From Aeropyrum pernix K1 (GTDB lineage Archaea; Thermoproteota; Thermoprotei_A; Sulfolobales; Acidilobaceae): a stretch of DNA of 32,000 nucleotides. A program made the translations under genes and the position numbers. The stretch spans positions 1,590,001 through 1,622,000 of the forward strand of contig NC_000854.2 of NCBI RefSeq assembly GCF_000011125.1, in the 5' to 3' direction. Of this stretch, positions 1 through 8,725 are shown in pieces (position 1 is the stretch's first letter; each line of letters starts with the position of its first letter). The notes beneath the pieces were generated by a model that did no database searches, was not told the origin of the DNA, and was given only the letters and a program-made list of their open reading frames with translations.

Positions 1-303
1 TACAGCGCCCTAAAACCCGGGATTTATTTCGAGGAGACTCTTAAGGCGCTCTCTCTTGAAAACGTGTATGCAGACACAAGCGCTGCAGACCCCTTCTTTG
101 CTGCAATGGCTGTTAAGGAGGGCTATGCAGATAAAATCCTCTTCGGAAGCGACTATCCATACGTCTCCGGATACAACGTGGCAATGGCTGTCAAGGATAT
201 CCTATCACTGGACATAGACAATAACGATAAAGAAGCTGTACTAAGGTATAACGCGGAAAAACTACTAAACAGCCTACCACGCGGAAGGCAAAAACCTGGT
301 TGA
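1..303 (+). CDS. Amidohydrolase-2-type metal-dependent hydrolase, C-terminal fragment (5' end upstream of window)
   Basis: Frame 1 is open from nt 1, with no stop before the listed Met at 64. C-terminal 'ILFGSDYPY' motif is typical of amidohydrolase-2/ACMSD-like TIM-barrel hydrolases. TGA stop at 301-303. Confidence 0.6.
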   Translation, partial: YSALKPGIYFEETLKALSLENVYADTSAADPFFAAMAVKEGYADKILFGSDYPYVSGYNVAMAVKDILSLDIDNNDKEAVLRYNAEKLLNSLPRGRQKPG

Positions 304-403
304 ACCGTAGAAGCTCCCCGCTATTATCCTGGGTATTAAAGTTATTTTCCCAGCTGCTTCCAACTTACATGAAGAGGTACAAGCTAGTCTTGGTGGATCG
401 GTC

Positions 404-1156
404 TTGGAGACAACTTATGCTCTAGTGACAGGTGGGAGCAGGGGTATTGGTAGGGCTACGGTTCTCCGTTTCGCCCGTGAAGGATGGAGTGTCGTGATCG
501 CCTACAAGTCGAGGGCTGATCTGGCTGAGAAGACTGCTGAGGAGGCTAGAAGGCTGGGGTCTCCAGAGGCTTACACTGTTAGAGTAGATGTTGGCGATCC
601 TGATAGTGTCACTGAGATGTCTAGTAGGGTTGGAGAGCTCATTCCCCATCTCAACGTGCTTGTAAATGCCGCAGGCGTTCTACAGCTAGGCGGGATAGAA
701 GAGACCTCTATAAGCGAGTGGGAGGAGACCCTGAGGGTTAATCTAACGGGAGTGTACCTTGTGACAAAACTGCTGCTACCCCTTCTAAGGAAGGCCAAAT
801 GGGCTTCCATTGTTAACGTTGCAAGTATTGCAGGGGAGACAGGAAACGTTGTGGCTGGTGTAGCGTACTCCGCCAGCAAAGCAGGGGTCATCGGTCTTAC
901 GAAGAGGCTGGCAGTCCAGCTTGCAGGCTACGGTATCAGGGTGAACGCTGTTGCACCCAGCTTCGTCGAGACCGACATGACCAGGAGTTTCCTCGACACT
1001 CCTGAGAAGAGGGAGAGGATAGCAAGTCTCCACCCGCTAAAAATAATACTCAAGCCTGAGGACGTTGCGGAGGCCATACTCTTCCTTGCAGACCCACGTA
1101 GGAGCAGGGGGATCACTGGCCATGTGCTGTCGATAAACGCAGGGAGACGCACCTAA
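404..1156 (+). CDS. Short-chain dehydrogenase/reductase (3-oxoacyl-ACP reductase-like)
   Basis: 250 aa. Rossmann motif 'TGGSRGIG', 'NAAG', catalytic 'YSASK' (YxxxK). TTG start at 404. Confidence 0.9.
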   Translation: METTYALVTGGSRGIGRATVLRFAREGWSVVIAYKSRADLAEKTAEEARRLGSPEAYTVRVDVGDPDSVTEMSSRVGELIPHLNVLVNAAGVLQLGGIEETSISEWEETLRVNLTGVYLVTKLLLPLLRKAKWASIVNVASIAGETGNVVAGVAYSASKAGVIGLTKRLAVQLAGYGIRVNAVAPSFVETDMTRSFLDTPEKRERIASLHPLKIILKPEDVAEAILFLADPRRSRGITGHVLSINAGRRT

Positions 1157-1216
1157 TCAAGGCCTCGGAAAACGCCTGTGCAGAGTCCAAAACTGGGCTA
1201 AAGGGCTTAGACGAGC

Positions 1217-1678
1217 CTAGCCAGGCGCATCGGCTTGGGCTTCCACTCTACGGAGGCTATAGACGACCCTCCTACCGTCCCTCCTCTTTTCCACAATACC
1301 CCTTTCTACAAGGCGTTTGAGTACGCCGTAGACCCTGTTTTTAGACAGGCCTGTATCCCTGATTAGCTCAGATGGCGTTGCATCACCCTTCTCGAGATGC
1401 GATATAATTATGCCTTCATCCTCGAGCATCCCCTCCTCTACCGTTCCATTATGGCCTTCATACTCGGTTTCCCTACCACCCTCCTTCTCCACCCCTTGCA
1501 AGCTCTCCGTGGATCTGGCGTCTCTCCCCAAGGCTTGTGAGATTGAGGATATCCTCTCCTCCAGCCTGGCTAAAGCTGCTTCGAGAGCCTCGATTCTCCT
1601 CCTGTTTTCCTCGTTACTCCTCGCCAGTGTTTCGATGTCTCTCCGGTCGAATCCTAACAGAGCTTTGAGTAGTCCCAC
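1217..1678 (-). CDS. Small winged-helix DNA-binding protein with N-terminal amphipathic helix and coiled coil
   Basis: 153 aa. GTG start at 1678-1676 lies one codon after an in-frame stop. N-terminus 'MGLLKALLGF', heptad-like 'RRRIEALEAALARLEERISSISQAL', acidic linker, and C-terminal wHTH 'TPSELIRDTGLSKNRVYGVLKRLVERGIVEKRRDGRRVVYSL' (MarR/TrmB-like). Divergent from the 1842 operon. Confidence 0.7.
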   Translation of the reverse strand: MGLLKALLGFDRRDIETLARSNEENRRRIEALEAALARLEERISSISQALGRDARSTESLQGVEKEGGRETEYEGHNGTVEEGMLEDEGIIISHLEKGDATPSELIRDTGLSKNRVYGVLKRLVERGIVEKRRDGRRVVYSLRRVEAQADAPG

Positions 1679-1782
1679 AGTCTAACACCCTAAGAACTCT
1701 TGGATTGTTCCCTACTATGCCGTATCTGGGATGGTGAGACACAAGTATTACAAGGTCCCCTGGTGCGCCCACCGTATATTCC

Positions 1783-1808
1783 ATCAATTTTATTATGGAT
1801 AAATATCT
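1783..1808. promoter_or_regulatory. A/T-rich TATA-like boxes in divergent intergenic region (wHTH <-> dehydrogenase operon)
   Basis: 'caattttattatggataaatatc'. The 'ataaatat' box (1800-1807) sits 35-42 nt upstream of the TTG at 1842, compatible with an archaeal TATA at about -26 and a short leader. Confidence 0.35.
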
Positions 1809-1841
1809 GTGGGGGTGTATTGAGGTCTTGGTGGAACTCAT

Positions 1842-2843
1842 TTGGCGTTCAAGATTGTTTCTATGAGCCCGTTGCCTCCGCAGTTTGTCGAGGCCCTCTT
1901 CGACCCGTATAAGAAGGAGGTCGGCGATCTCAGAGTTGTGAGCGTCGCGGGCCTCCCGAGGGAAAGGGTTCTCGAGGAGCTGAGAGATGCTGATGTGGTG
2001 ATAGGAGACTATACTTTCCAGATGAGGATTGACGCCGAAATGTGCGCTGCTATGGAGAGGGTTAGGCTTGTCCAGCAGCCTAGCACGGGCTATGATCATA
2101 TAGATGTAGAGGCTTGTGCCAGACACGGTGTACCGGTGGCTAACGCGGGCGGGGCAAACGCGGTCTCGGTCGCCGAGTACACTATAATGGCAGCACTCGC
2201 TCTTCTGAAACGTCTTCTCTACGCCCACCGGGAAACCGTGGCGGGGGGCTGGCCCCAGTGGAGGCTGATGGAGATGGGGACGTTCGACCTCCAGGGTAAA
2301 ACCTGGGGTATCATAGGCCTGGGGCGAATTGGGAGGGAGGTGGCTAAGAGGCTCAGACCATTCGAGGTTAGAACCGTCTACTTTGACAAGGTCAGGATGG
2401 AGGATGCGGAGAGGGAGCTTGGAGTAGAATACAGGAGCCTATCTAGGCTGCTTAGAGAGAGCGATGTGGTGTCCATACACGTTCCTCTCACCAGCGAAAC
2501 CCGGGGGATGATAGGTGAGGGCGAGCTGAGGATGATGAAGCCCACCGCGGTCCTCATAAACCCTTCGAGAGGCGAGATTGTCGATGAGGAGGCTCTGGCC
2601 AGGGCGGTTAGGGAGAGGTGGATAGCTGGGGCGGCTGTCGATGTCTACAGCAGAGAGCCTCCTCCTCCCGACCACCCCTTAATAAGGGCTGCAGGGGAGG
2701 CAGACGTCAACCTAATCCTCACACCACACATAGCTGGCGCTAATACCGACGCCAGGTCGAGGATCATACAGTTCTCAATAGAGAATATCGTGAGAGTGTT
2801 GAAAGGGGGCAAGCCTGAGGCTGTCGTAAACATGAGGCTATAG
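1842..2843 (+). CDS. D-isomer-specific 2-hydroxyacid dehydrogenase (glyoxylate/hydroxypyruvate reductase or PGDH-like)
   Basis: 333 aa. NAD-binding 'GIIGLGRIGREVAKR' (GxGxxG), 'LINPSRGEIVDE', and catalytic His region 'LTPHIAG'. TTG start. Confidence 0.9.
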   Translation: MAFKIVSMSPLPPQFVEALFDPYKKEVGDLRVVSVAGLPRERVLEELRDADVVIGDYTFQMRIDAEMCAAMERVRLVQQPSTGYDHIDVEACARHGVPVANAGGANAVSVAEYTIMAALALLKRLLYAHRETVAGGWPQWRLMEMGTFDLQGKTWGIIGLGRIGREVAKRLRPFEVRTVYFDKVRMEDAERELGVEYRSLSRLLRESDVVSIHVPLTSETRGMIGEGELRMMKPTAVLINPSRGEIVDEEALARAVRERWIAGAAVDVYSREPPPPDHPLIRAAGEADVNLILTPHIAGANTDARSRIIQFSIENIVRVLKGGKPEAVVNMRL

Positions 2844-2859
2844 ACCCGGGTGACGGGAT

Positions 2860-4530
2860 GTGGCTACAGTCGCAGAGGCCATAGCTAGGGGGTTGGTGGC
2901 GGCTGGTGTAGCCAGGATCTATGGAATCATAGGAACTAGTATTGTCGACTTCGTGGATGCGCTGTACGACTACAGGGATAGGATCGATTTCGTCACCACG
3001 AGGCATGAGCAGGTCGCGGTGTCCGCGGCGGACGCGGAGTACAGGTCTACGAGGCGGCTGGCTGCGGCCGCGGTCCATGCAGGCCCAGGGTTTCTGAACA
3101 CCCTCATAAGCCTCGGGATAGCGGCTAAGGACAGGGTGCCCCTGCTGCTGGTCAGCGGGGGTGTTAGGAGGAGGTTAAGGGGTCTAGATGCCTGGCTCGA
3201 GGTTGACCAGGCTTCCATAGCACGGCCTCTCGTAAAGTACTACGGTGTTCTCGATAGTCCAGGCGAGGTCCTCGACGTACTCGTGGAGGCATTGAGGAGC
3301 GCCCTCTCGCCTCCCATGGGGCCGGCCGTTGTCGAGATTCCAGAGGACCTGTGGAGGTCGCAAACCACCGTTAGTGGTGAGGCCTTCGGCACCATCCCCA
3401 AGGCTCCGGTGGAGGGTCCTGGGTTGGGGGGGCATGGAAAAACCCTCTTCTCCATGCTGATGCAGGCGAGGAGGCCGGTTATACTTGCTACTGGCGAGCT
3501 TGTGTACAGCCCCGGCTTCAGTCAGGAGATGCTTCTCAGGCTTGCAGAGGCTACAGGGGCTTACATTGTTGTGAGTGGAAACGGGAGGGGCGCCTGCCCC
3601 GAGGACCATCCACGCTGCCTGGGGAGGATAGGGTTCGGCGGGGGTAGTCTAGCTGCTGACAGGGCGTTAGAGAATAGCGATATGGTGCTCGCCCTCGGCC
3701 ACGAGTTTGACGACATCACGACCTACGGGTATAACATGCTGCCGCAGGGCGACGTTGTCATGGTGTCGCAGGATCCCTCCGCAAAAGCGAGGCCCAGGTA
3801 TTATGACCTGGTAAACGCAAACCCTGTCCGCGCGCTGGAGGAGCTTTCGGAGATGGCTGAGGGTGTGAGGAGGCTTGAGGAGTGGGACAGGATGGTCCAG
3901 GAGTTTAGAAGAGAGTGGGGGGTGATGCTGGAGGAGGCTGTGAGGAGGGAGACAAGGCTGGCTAACCCGGATAGGTTCTTCAGGCTCCTCAACATGAGGA
4001 TCCCCCGGAACAGAGTAGTCAGCGGCGGGCAGGGGACACATATACTCTACGTATACAACCACATCCAGATATACACCCCCGGGAGCTTCCTCGCCGCCAC
4101 TAATCTTGGCGCCATGGGCTATGCGCTACCAGCCGTAATTGGATCGTCTAAAGCACTCCCCGGCGGTTACCACCTCTGCGTAGCAGGCGATGGGGAGCTG
4201 ATGATGACGGTTCAGGATATAGAAACTATAGTGAGGGAGGGCCTCGACGTCAAGATAGTGCTTGTGAACGATGACTCCTACAAGGTACTTTACCTCAGGC
4301 AGGTCCTCCAGAAAGGGGGTAGAGTATATGAGACCCTACTATCGAACCCTGACTTCTCGAGGCTTGCCGAGGCCTTTGGCGTTAGATACGCCAGCGTGAG
4401 CAGGTCCGGTGATGAGGAGGAGGGTCTCGAGGCCCTCACATCCCCCGGGCCAGCGCTTGTGGAGGTTAAGGTTGACCGCGACGACATTCCCCCTCTGAAC
4501 CTCGACTACACGTTGAGGATGAGTATGTAG
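2860..4530 (+). CDS. Thiamine-diphosphate-dependent enzyme, acetolactate synthase large-subunit-like
   Basis: 556 aa. N-terminal Pyr domain 'AEAIARGLVAAGVARIYGIIGTS', 'RHEQVAVSAADAEYR', and ThDP-binding motif 'GDGELMMTVQDIETIVREGLDVKIVLVNDDSY'. Starts 16 nt after the dehydrogenase stop, so probably co-transcribed. Confidence 0.9.
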   Translation: MATVAEAIARGLVAAGVARIYGIIGTSIVDFVDALYDYRDRIDFVTTRHEQVAVSAADAEYRSTRRLAAAAVHAGPGFLNTLISLGIAAKDRVPLLLVSGGVRRRLRGLDAWLEVDQASIARPLVKYYGVLDSPGEVLDVLVEALRSALSPPMGPAVVEIPEDLWRSQTTVSGEAFGTIPKAPVEGPGLGGHGKTLFSMLMQARRPVILATGELVYSPGFSQEMLLRLAEATGAYIVVSGNGRGACPEDHPRCLGRIGFGGGSLAADRALENSDMVLALGHEFDDITTYGYNMLPQGDVVMVSQDPSAKARPRYYDLVNANPVRALEELSEMAEGVRRLEEWDRMVQEFRREWGVMLEEAVRRETRLANPDRFFRLLNMRIPRNRVVSGGQGTHILYVYNHIQIYTPGSFLAATNLGAMGYALPAVIGSSKALPGGYHLCVAGDGELMMTVQDIETIVREGLDVKIVLVNDDSYKVLYLRQVLQKGGRVYETLLSNPDFSRLAEAFGVRYASVSRSGDEEEGLEALTSPGPALVEVKVDRDDIPPLNLDYTLRMSM

Positions 4531-4556
4531 CGCTCTGTTATGAGTTAATGTGTGTT

Positions 4557-5423
4557 TTAGAACTTTGTCAGACCCCCGCTACGCCGGGCTTTCTCCTCCA
4601 AGGTTTTGAAAACCATGTAGCCAGCTAGAGTGTAGGCTACGGCCTCGATGGCGAGCTTAATGAGCAAGCCTTCCACGCTGGATATGCCTCCACCCTTTAG
4701 CAGAAGGCTCCTAACAGCCTCGAGTGTAAGGGTTAGGGGGATGAGCTCGGCCGCCGTGTCTAGAGGGGACGGGAGGACCTCGACGGGGAACATCATGCCC
4801 GAGAGGAGCATTAGGAAGGGTGTTAGCATCACGTTAAAAGCGTGCGGCTCCTTCAGGTTTACTATTATCCCTCCCAGGAGAAGGCCCATCCCCACCATAC
4901 CAATAAACCCGAGTCCCAGAACTGCAGCGGCTTGCGGAGCCGCCTTTAGATGTAGGCTTCCGGAGCCGAATATGATTGTATAGTATGCTAGGACTATCAC
5001 AAGGTCCAGAAGGCTGACGCCGAGGCTCCCTAGGGCGTTGCCAAAGAGCCACGAGAACCTGCTGGCCGGGGTCACAAGGATAGCCTCCAAGGTCCCCTGC
5101 ACAAGCTCCCTATGGAGCCTCTCGCCAACGTCGAACAGAGTGGCGGTGAGCAGGCTGTAGAGCGAGAAGCCTATGGCTACGAAGGCCACGTAGTCCTTGT
5201 AGCCGAGGGCTTCGAAGGGGCTCGCGCCTCCGGCGAGCCTGGAGACGGCCCATGCGGTTGCTATCATGAACATTGGGACGCTGAGACGTACTAGCATGAA
5301 TCCCCATGTACTGTAGAGGGCTAGAAGATCCTTAGCATAAACCACAGCACTAGCTAGCAGCACCCTAACCCAGGCTGTGAGGTCCTCTCTAGAAGGTGTG
5401 AAGCCACCCGTACTTCTTCGCAA
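4557..5423 (-). CDS. ABC-2 type transporter permease (second permease)
   Basis: 288 aa polytopic hydrophobic protein. Same architecture as the upstream permease. 35-nt overlap with it. TTG start (a GTG at 5363 is an alternative). Confidence 0.8.
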   Translation of the reverse strand: MRRSTGGFTPSREDLTAWVRVLLASAVVYAKDLLALYSTWGFMLVRLSVPMFMIATAWAVSRLAGGASPFEALGYKDYVAFVAIGFSLYSLLTATLFDVGERLHRELVQGTLEAILVTPASRFSWLFGNALGSLGVSLLDLVIVLAYYTIIFGSGSLHLKAAPQAAAVLGLGFIGMVGMGLLLGGIIVNLKEPHAFNVMLTPFLMLLSGMMFPVEVLPSPLDTAAELIPLTLTLEAVRSLLLKGGGISSVEGLLIKLAIEAVAYTLAGYMVFKTLEEKARRSGGLTKF

Positions 5424-6216
5424 GACTCTCAGCCCACCTCACGAACAGGATTCCCGCTATTATACCTACGAGGGATATTAAGGCTAGCCTTAGAATAAGT
5501 GGAGAAACCTCATCTATAGGTGCTCCCTCCAGGAGCGAGATCCTAGCTGCTTCAATACCGTATGTGAGGGGGAGCGCATAGCCTATGTACTGGAGTGAAG
5601 CGGGGAGGATGGATAGGGGGAATGAGGATCCCGAGAAGAACCTTAGTGGATGCTGGATCGCGATGGCGATAGGTCCTGCGGACCGGGTGAGAACGTAGAG
5701 GCCTGCAAGGCCGATGCCCATAGACACAGCCCCCACCACCGCCATTGATACTGACAGGAGAGCGGCCAGCGGGTCAGCTATGTTGAAGCCCGTTCCCGTA
5801 GCCAGGAAGACTATCAAAGCTGCCGAGAAGCTTACCCAACCAGCGTCTAGCAGGCCGTAGATGCTAGAGCCGGTAAGCATTACCAGCCGGCTTGCAGGGG
5901 TTAGGAAAACAATCTCGAGGGTTCCGAACCACCTCTCCCTCTGTATTGCCATCCCCGCCCTCCAGTTGAGGGCGTTGAACAGGCTGAGGAGGACCTGGCC
6001 TAGTATGAGGAAGCCTACATAGTCCGCTGGCCACCCGTGCTTCTGGAGGGTCTGTGCGGTCTCGCCGAGAACCGCCCTGTAGGTGTAGATGAGTATGTAT
6101 GTCCAGATTATAGGTTGTATTAGGCTGTTGATTATCCAGGGTATATAAGTTATCCTAATCTTGAAGTCTCTGAGGGCAACGGCCTTGGCAACCCTGACAT
6201 GGTATATGATGCTCAC
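5389..6216 (-). CDS. ABC-2 type transporter permease (first permease)
   Basis: 275 aa with about 6 TM segments. GTGA start/stop overlap with the ATPase gene (6213-6216). Confidence 0.85.
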   Translation of the reverse strand: MSIIYHVRVAKAVALRDFKIRITYIPWIINSLIQPIIWTYILIYTYRAVLGETAQTLQKHGWPADYVGFLILGQVLLSLFNALNWRAGMAIQRERWFGTLEIVFLTPASRLVMLTGSSIYGLLDAGWVSFSAALIVFLATGTGFNIADPLAALLSVSMAVVGAVSMGIGLAGLYVLTRSAGPIAIAIQHPLRFFSGSSFPLSILPASLQYIGYALPLTYGIEAARISLLEGAPIDEVSPLILRLALISLVGIIAGILFVRWAESLAKKYGWLHTF

Positions 6217-7184
6217 CCGCCTTCTCCCCCAGCTAGCTTTATAAACACGTCCTCGAGGCTCGGGCTCCTCACATCTAGCCCCCGGATACTGGCGTTTATG
6301 CGCGTGAGCTCTGCCAACAGAGCTTCTATGAACGAGTCGGGCTCGGAGACAAGCACCCTAAAAACTCTGGCCCCGTCACGCTCTACTACGCTAATTACCC
6401 TACCTCCGAGTCTTTCCAGCAACATACTAACCCTGTCTCCCCCCATCACTTTCAGTTCAATAACGCTCTCGCCGCCGACTAGCGACTTGAGGTCCTCAGG
6501 CGGGCCCTCAGCCACTATCCTACCCTTGCTTATTATAGCCACCCTGTCTGACAGCTCCTCCGCCTCTACCATGTAGTGCGTCGTCAGCAGGACAGTCCTC
6601 CCTTCCCGAACTATCCTCCGTATAATGCTTCTAACCTCCCTGGCGGCCTTGGGGTCTAGGCCTATAGTGGGCTCGTCTAGTAGAAGCACCTCCGGATCGT
6701 TTATAAGCCCCCGCGCTATATGGAGCCTCTGTTTCATCCCCTTGGAGTAGTTTTCAACCCTCACGTGAGCCCACTCCTCGAGGCCAACAATCTCGAGAAG
6801 CTCCTTAACTCTCCTCTTAGCCTCCCTCGGGGGTATGCCGTAGAGCTGGCTGAAGAACCATAGGTTATCCCAGCCCGAGAGCCTCCAGTAGAGAGCCCTC
6901 TCCCCTCCCAGCACAACCCCTATCCTGCTCCTCACATTGTTAGCCTCCCTAACGACGTCGAACCCGGCGACCCTGGCCCAGCCCGAGTCGGGAAGGAGGA
7001 GTGTGGAGAGTATCTTAACGAGAGTCGTCTTGCCAGCACCGTTAGGGCCCAGCAGCGAGAAGAGGGTCCCCCTACCGACTTTAAGATCGACACCGTCTAA
7101 GGCTCTGATAGTCCTAGCCCTCCATGGGAGCAAGCCCATCCTGTACTCCTTCACTAGAGCCTCCGCTTCTACCGCGTAACCCAC
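6213..7184 (-). CDS. ABC transporter ATP-binding protein (DrrA/ABC-2 exporter type)
   Basis: 323 aa. Walker A 'GPNGAGKTT', signature-like 'YSKGMKQRL', Walker B 'LLLDEPT', plus a C-terminal extra domain. GTG start. Confidence 0.95.
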   Translation of the reverse strand: MGYAVEAEALVKEYRMGLLPWRARTIRALDGVDLKVGRGTLFSLLGPNGAGKTTLVKILSTLLLPDSGWARVAGFDVVREANNVRSRIGVVLGGERALYWRLSGWDNLWFFSQLYGIPPREAKRRVKELLEIVGLEEWAHVRVENYSKGMKQRLHIARGLINDPEVLLLDEPTIGLDPKAAREVRSIIRRIVREGRTVLLTTHYMVEAEELSDRVAIISKGRIVAEGPPEDLKSLVGGESVIELKVMGGDRVSMLLERLGGRVISVVERDGARVFRVLVSEPDSFIEALLAELTRINASIRGLDVRSPSLEDVFIKLAGGEGG

Positions 7185-7338
7185 GGATTATGCTCCCCCC
7201 GCGGTGCAAGCCTGGATATGGTGGACGTTAGTTGAATAACCCCGGGATAATAACTAGGTAGTCTCCTGGGACTTTTAGGGTTGATAGACACGGCTGAGAT
7301 CACCTTATCTAGCTGTGTGAGGATAAGACGTTGAGAGT

Positions 7339-7758
7339 CTAGTCCGCCAGCCATGTCTGTTGCGGCTGAGCCTCCTCCACGTTTTGCCGGGGCCTGTCTT
7401 GACCGTTTATTTTTGAAAGAATGTCACCGCATTGGCTATTCCTAACCACCCATTTGCAGGACCATCTAGCAAGCTCCATTATTACGCTCCTCAGGTCCTC
7501 TCCCATCTCGGTAAGCCTATACCTAACCCTGACGGGCGGGCCCGGGTCTATAATCCTCTCAACTATTCCGAGTCTCCTGAGGTCCTCAAGGGTTTCTGAG
7601 AGCGTTTTGGACGATATGGCTCCTATACTTTTCTCCAGCTCAGCGAACCCCTTATCACCATCGAGAAGATGGTATACTATCACAAGGCTCCACTTTCTAG
7701 ACAACAGCCGGCTGGCCGCTGTGATCGGACAATCTCCAGAGTCCATTGTACATGACAC
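7339..7758 (-). CDS. HxlR-family winged-helix transcriptional regulator
   Basis: 139 aa. 'CPITAASRLLSRKWSLVIVYHLL...FAELEKSIGAISSKTLSETLEDLRRLGIVER...VRYRLTEMGEDL' matches the HxlR/DUF24 pattern. GTG start, with an alternative ATG 4 codons in. Confidence 0.85.
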   Translation of the reverse strand: MSCTMDSGDCPITAASRLLSRKWSLVIVYHLLDGDKGFAELEKSIGAISSKTLSETLEDLRRLGIVERIIDPGPPVRVRYRLTEMGEDLRSVIMELARWSCKWVVRNSQCGDILSKINGQDRPRQNVEEAQPQQTWLAD

Positions 7759-7792
7759 CCTCTAGAGGCTGTCGCTTTCTAGACTATATTAG

Positions 7793-7807
7793 CTTTACTT
7801 TGTAAAG
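7793..7807. promoter_or_regulatory. Inverted repeat CTTTAC-ttt-GTAAAG in hxlR/VOC divergent intergenic region (candidate operator)
   Basis: 6-nt perfect arms with a 3-nt spacer, next to A/T-rich 'actatattag'. HxlR-type regulators usually bind dyads between divergent genes. Confidence 0.3.
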
Positions 7808-7928
7808 ATGATTTATGTTAGGTGGCAGCTGTGGAAACTATTAGAGCTGACAAGTCTTTCACGCGGCGTCACCCGTCAAAGCAGCCCCTTATCACAACCC
7901 TACCCTATCTTCTTGGAGGTAGGTAAAT

Positions 7929-8675
7929 TTGCGCCATGGCTTTGTCATACGAAAGGCTGTCCTGATTGTGAGGAGGCTTGATGAGGCCGAGAGATTCTAT
8001 ACGGCCATCCTCAACAGGCCTCCGGAGCCTGTGCAGGGAGGGCTCCTTTACAGGCTTGAAGGCGGGTCAGAGCTGCTGCTCCGCCAAAACCCTCGGGCGA
8101 GGCGTCCTCTACCGGGTGCTGCGGGGCTCTACCATATAGCTTTCACCGTCGATAAGCCTGGGGCGTTGCCAGCTGTGGTTGAAAAGCTCAGATCGCTGGG
8201 TTCACCTCTGCTGGGGGCTTCTGACCATTGTTTCACGCTAGCAGTCTATACACTGGACCCGGAGGGGAACGGTGTTGAGGTTTACTGGGATAAGGATGAG
8301 CCTTGCGAGAGGCTAGTGACAAAACCTCTGGATCCGAGGGCGCTGACTATGGGAGGCTCACATTTGGGCTACAGGACCTCTATAGGCCATATACACCTTA
8401 AAGTTGCCGGGCTAGAGGAGGCTGAGGTTTTCTACACTAAGATCCTCGGTATGAGCGTCACCGAGAGGGGCTATCCCGGCGCCCTGTTCTTTGCCTATGG
8501 GGACTACCATCATCATGTCGCCGCCAACATATGGGAGACTAGATGGGGGGCTAGGGGTTCTAGGCCACAAGGGCCTGTGGTGGGCCTTGAGAGCTATACT
8601 CTGAGGCCTCCCAATGGTGAGGCGGATCCCGGCATATACGAGGACCCTGCGGGCGTGCAGGTCATTATAGTCTAG
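7929..8675 (+). CDS. VOC-superfamily (glyoxalase/bleomycin-resistance/extradiol dioxygenase fold) two-domain protein
   Basis: 248 aa with two beta-alpha-beta-beta-beta modules, each opening with a 'xxxxVxxLxEAExFYTxIL'-type segment ('LIVRRLDEAERFYTAIL' and 'IHLKVAGLEEAEVFYTKILGM'). TTG start, TAG stop. Confidence 0.8.
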   Translation: MRHGFVIRKAVLIVRRLDEAERFYTAILNRPPEPVQGGLLYRLEGGSELLLRQNPRARRPLPGAAGLYHIAFTVDKPGALPAVVEKLRSLGSPLLGASDHCFTLAVYTLDPEGNGVEVYWDKDEPCERLVTKPLDPRALTMGGSHLGYRTSIGHIHLKVAGLEEAEVFYTKILGMSVTERGYPGALFFAYGDYHHHVAANIWETRWGARGSRPQGPVVGLESYTLRPPNGEADPGIYEDPAGVQVIIV

Positions 8676-8725
8676 CACTCTCATGCAGGCTATCATCCCC
8701 TCTCTACCCTGGAGGCGGATCCCGG
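8619..8725 (+). repeat. 14-nt exact direct repeat 'gaggcggatcccgg' (8619-8632 and 8712-8725), 93 nt apart, in the same frame
   Basis: Both copies encode E-A-D-P-G in the VOC gene frame. The first is inside the CDS and the second is 37 nt past its TAG. Confidence 0.8.

Noticed and set aside
1614-2228. 204-aa minus-strand ORF spanning the 1679-1841 intergenic region and the 5' part of the dehydrogenase gene
   Set aside because: It overlaps two well-supported genes and the A/T-rich promoter region. It has no recognisable domain and is composed like an antisense read-through.
3184-4062. 141-aa and 131-aa ORFs antisense to the ThDP enzyme gene
   Set aside because: Same reasoning: they sit inside a CDS with clear ThDP motifs and show Pro/Arg/His-rich nonsense-like composition.
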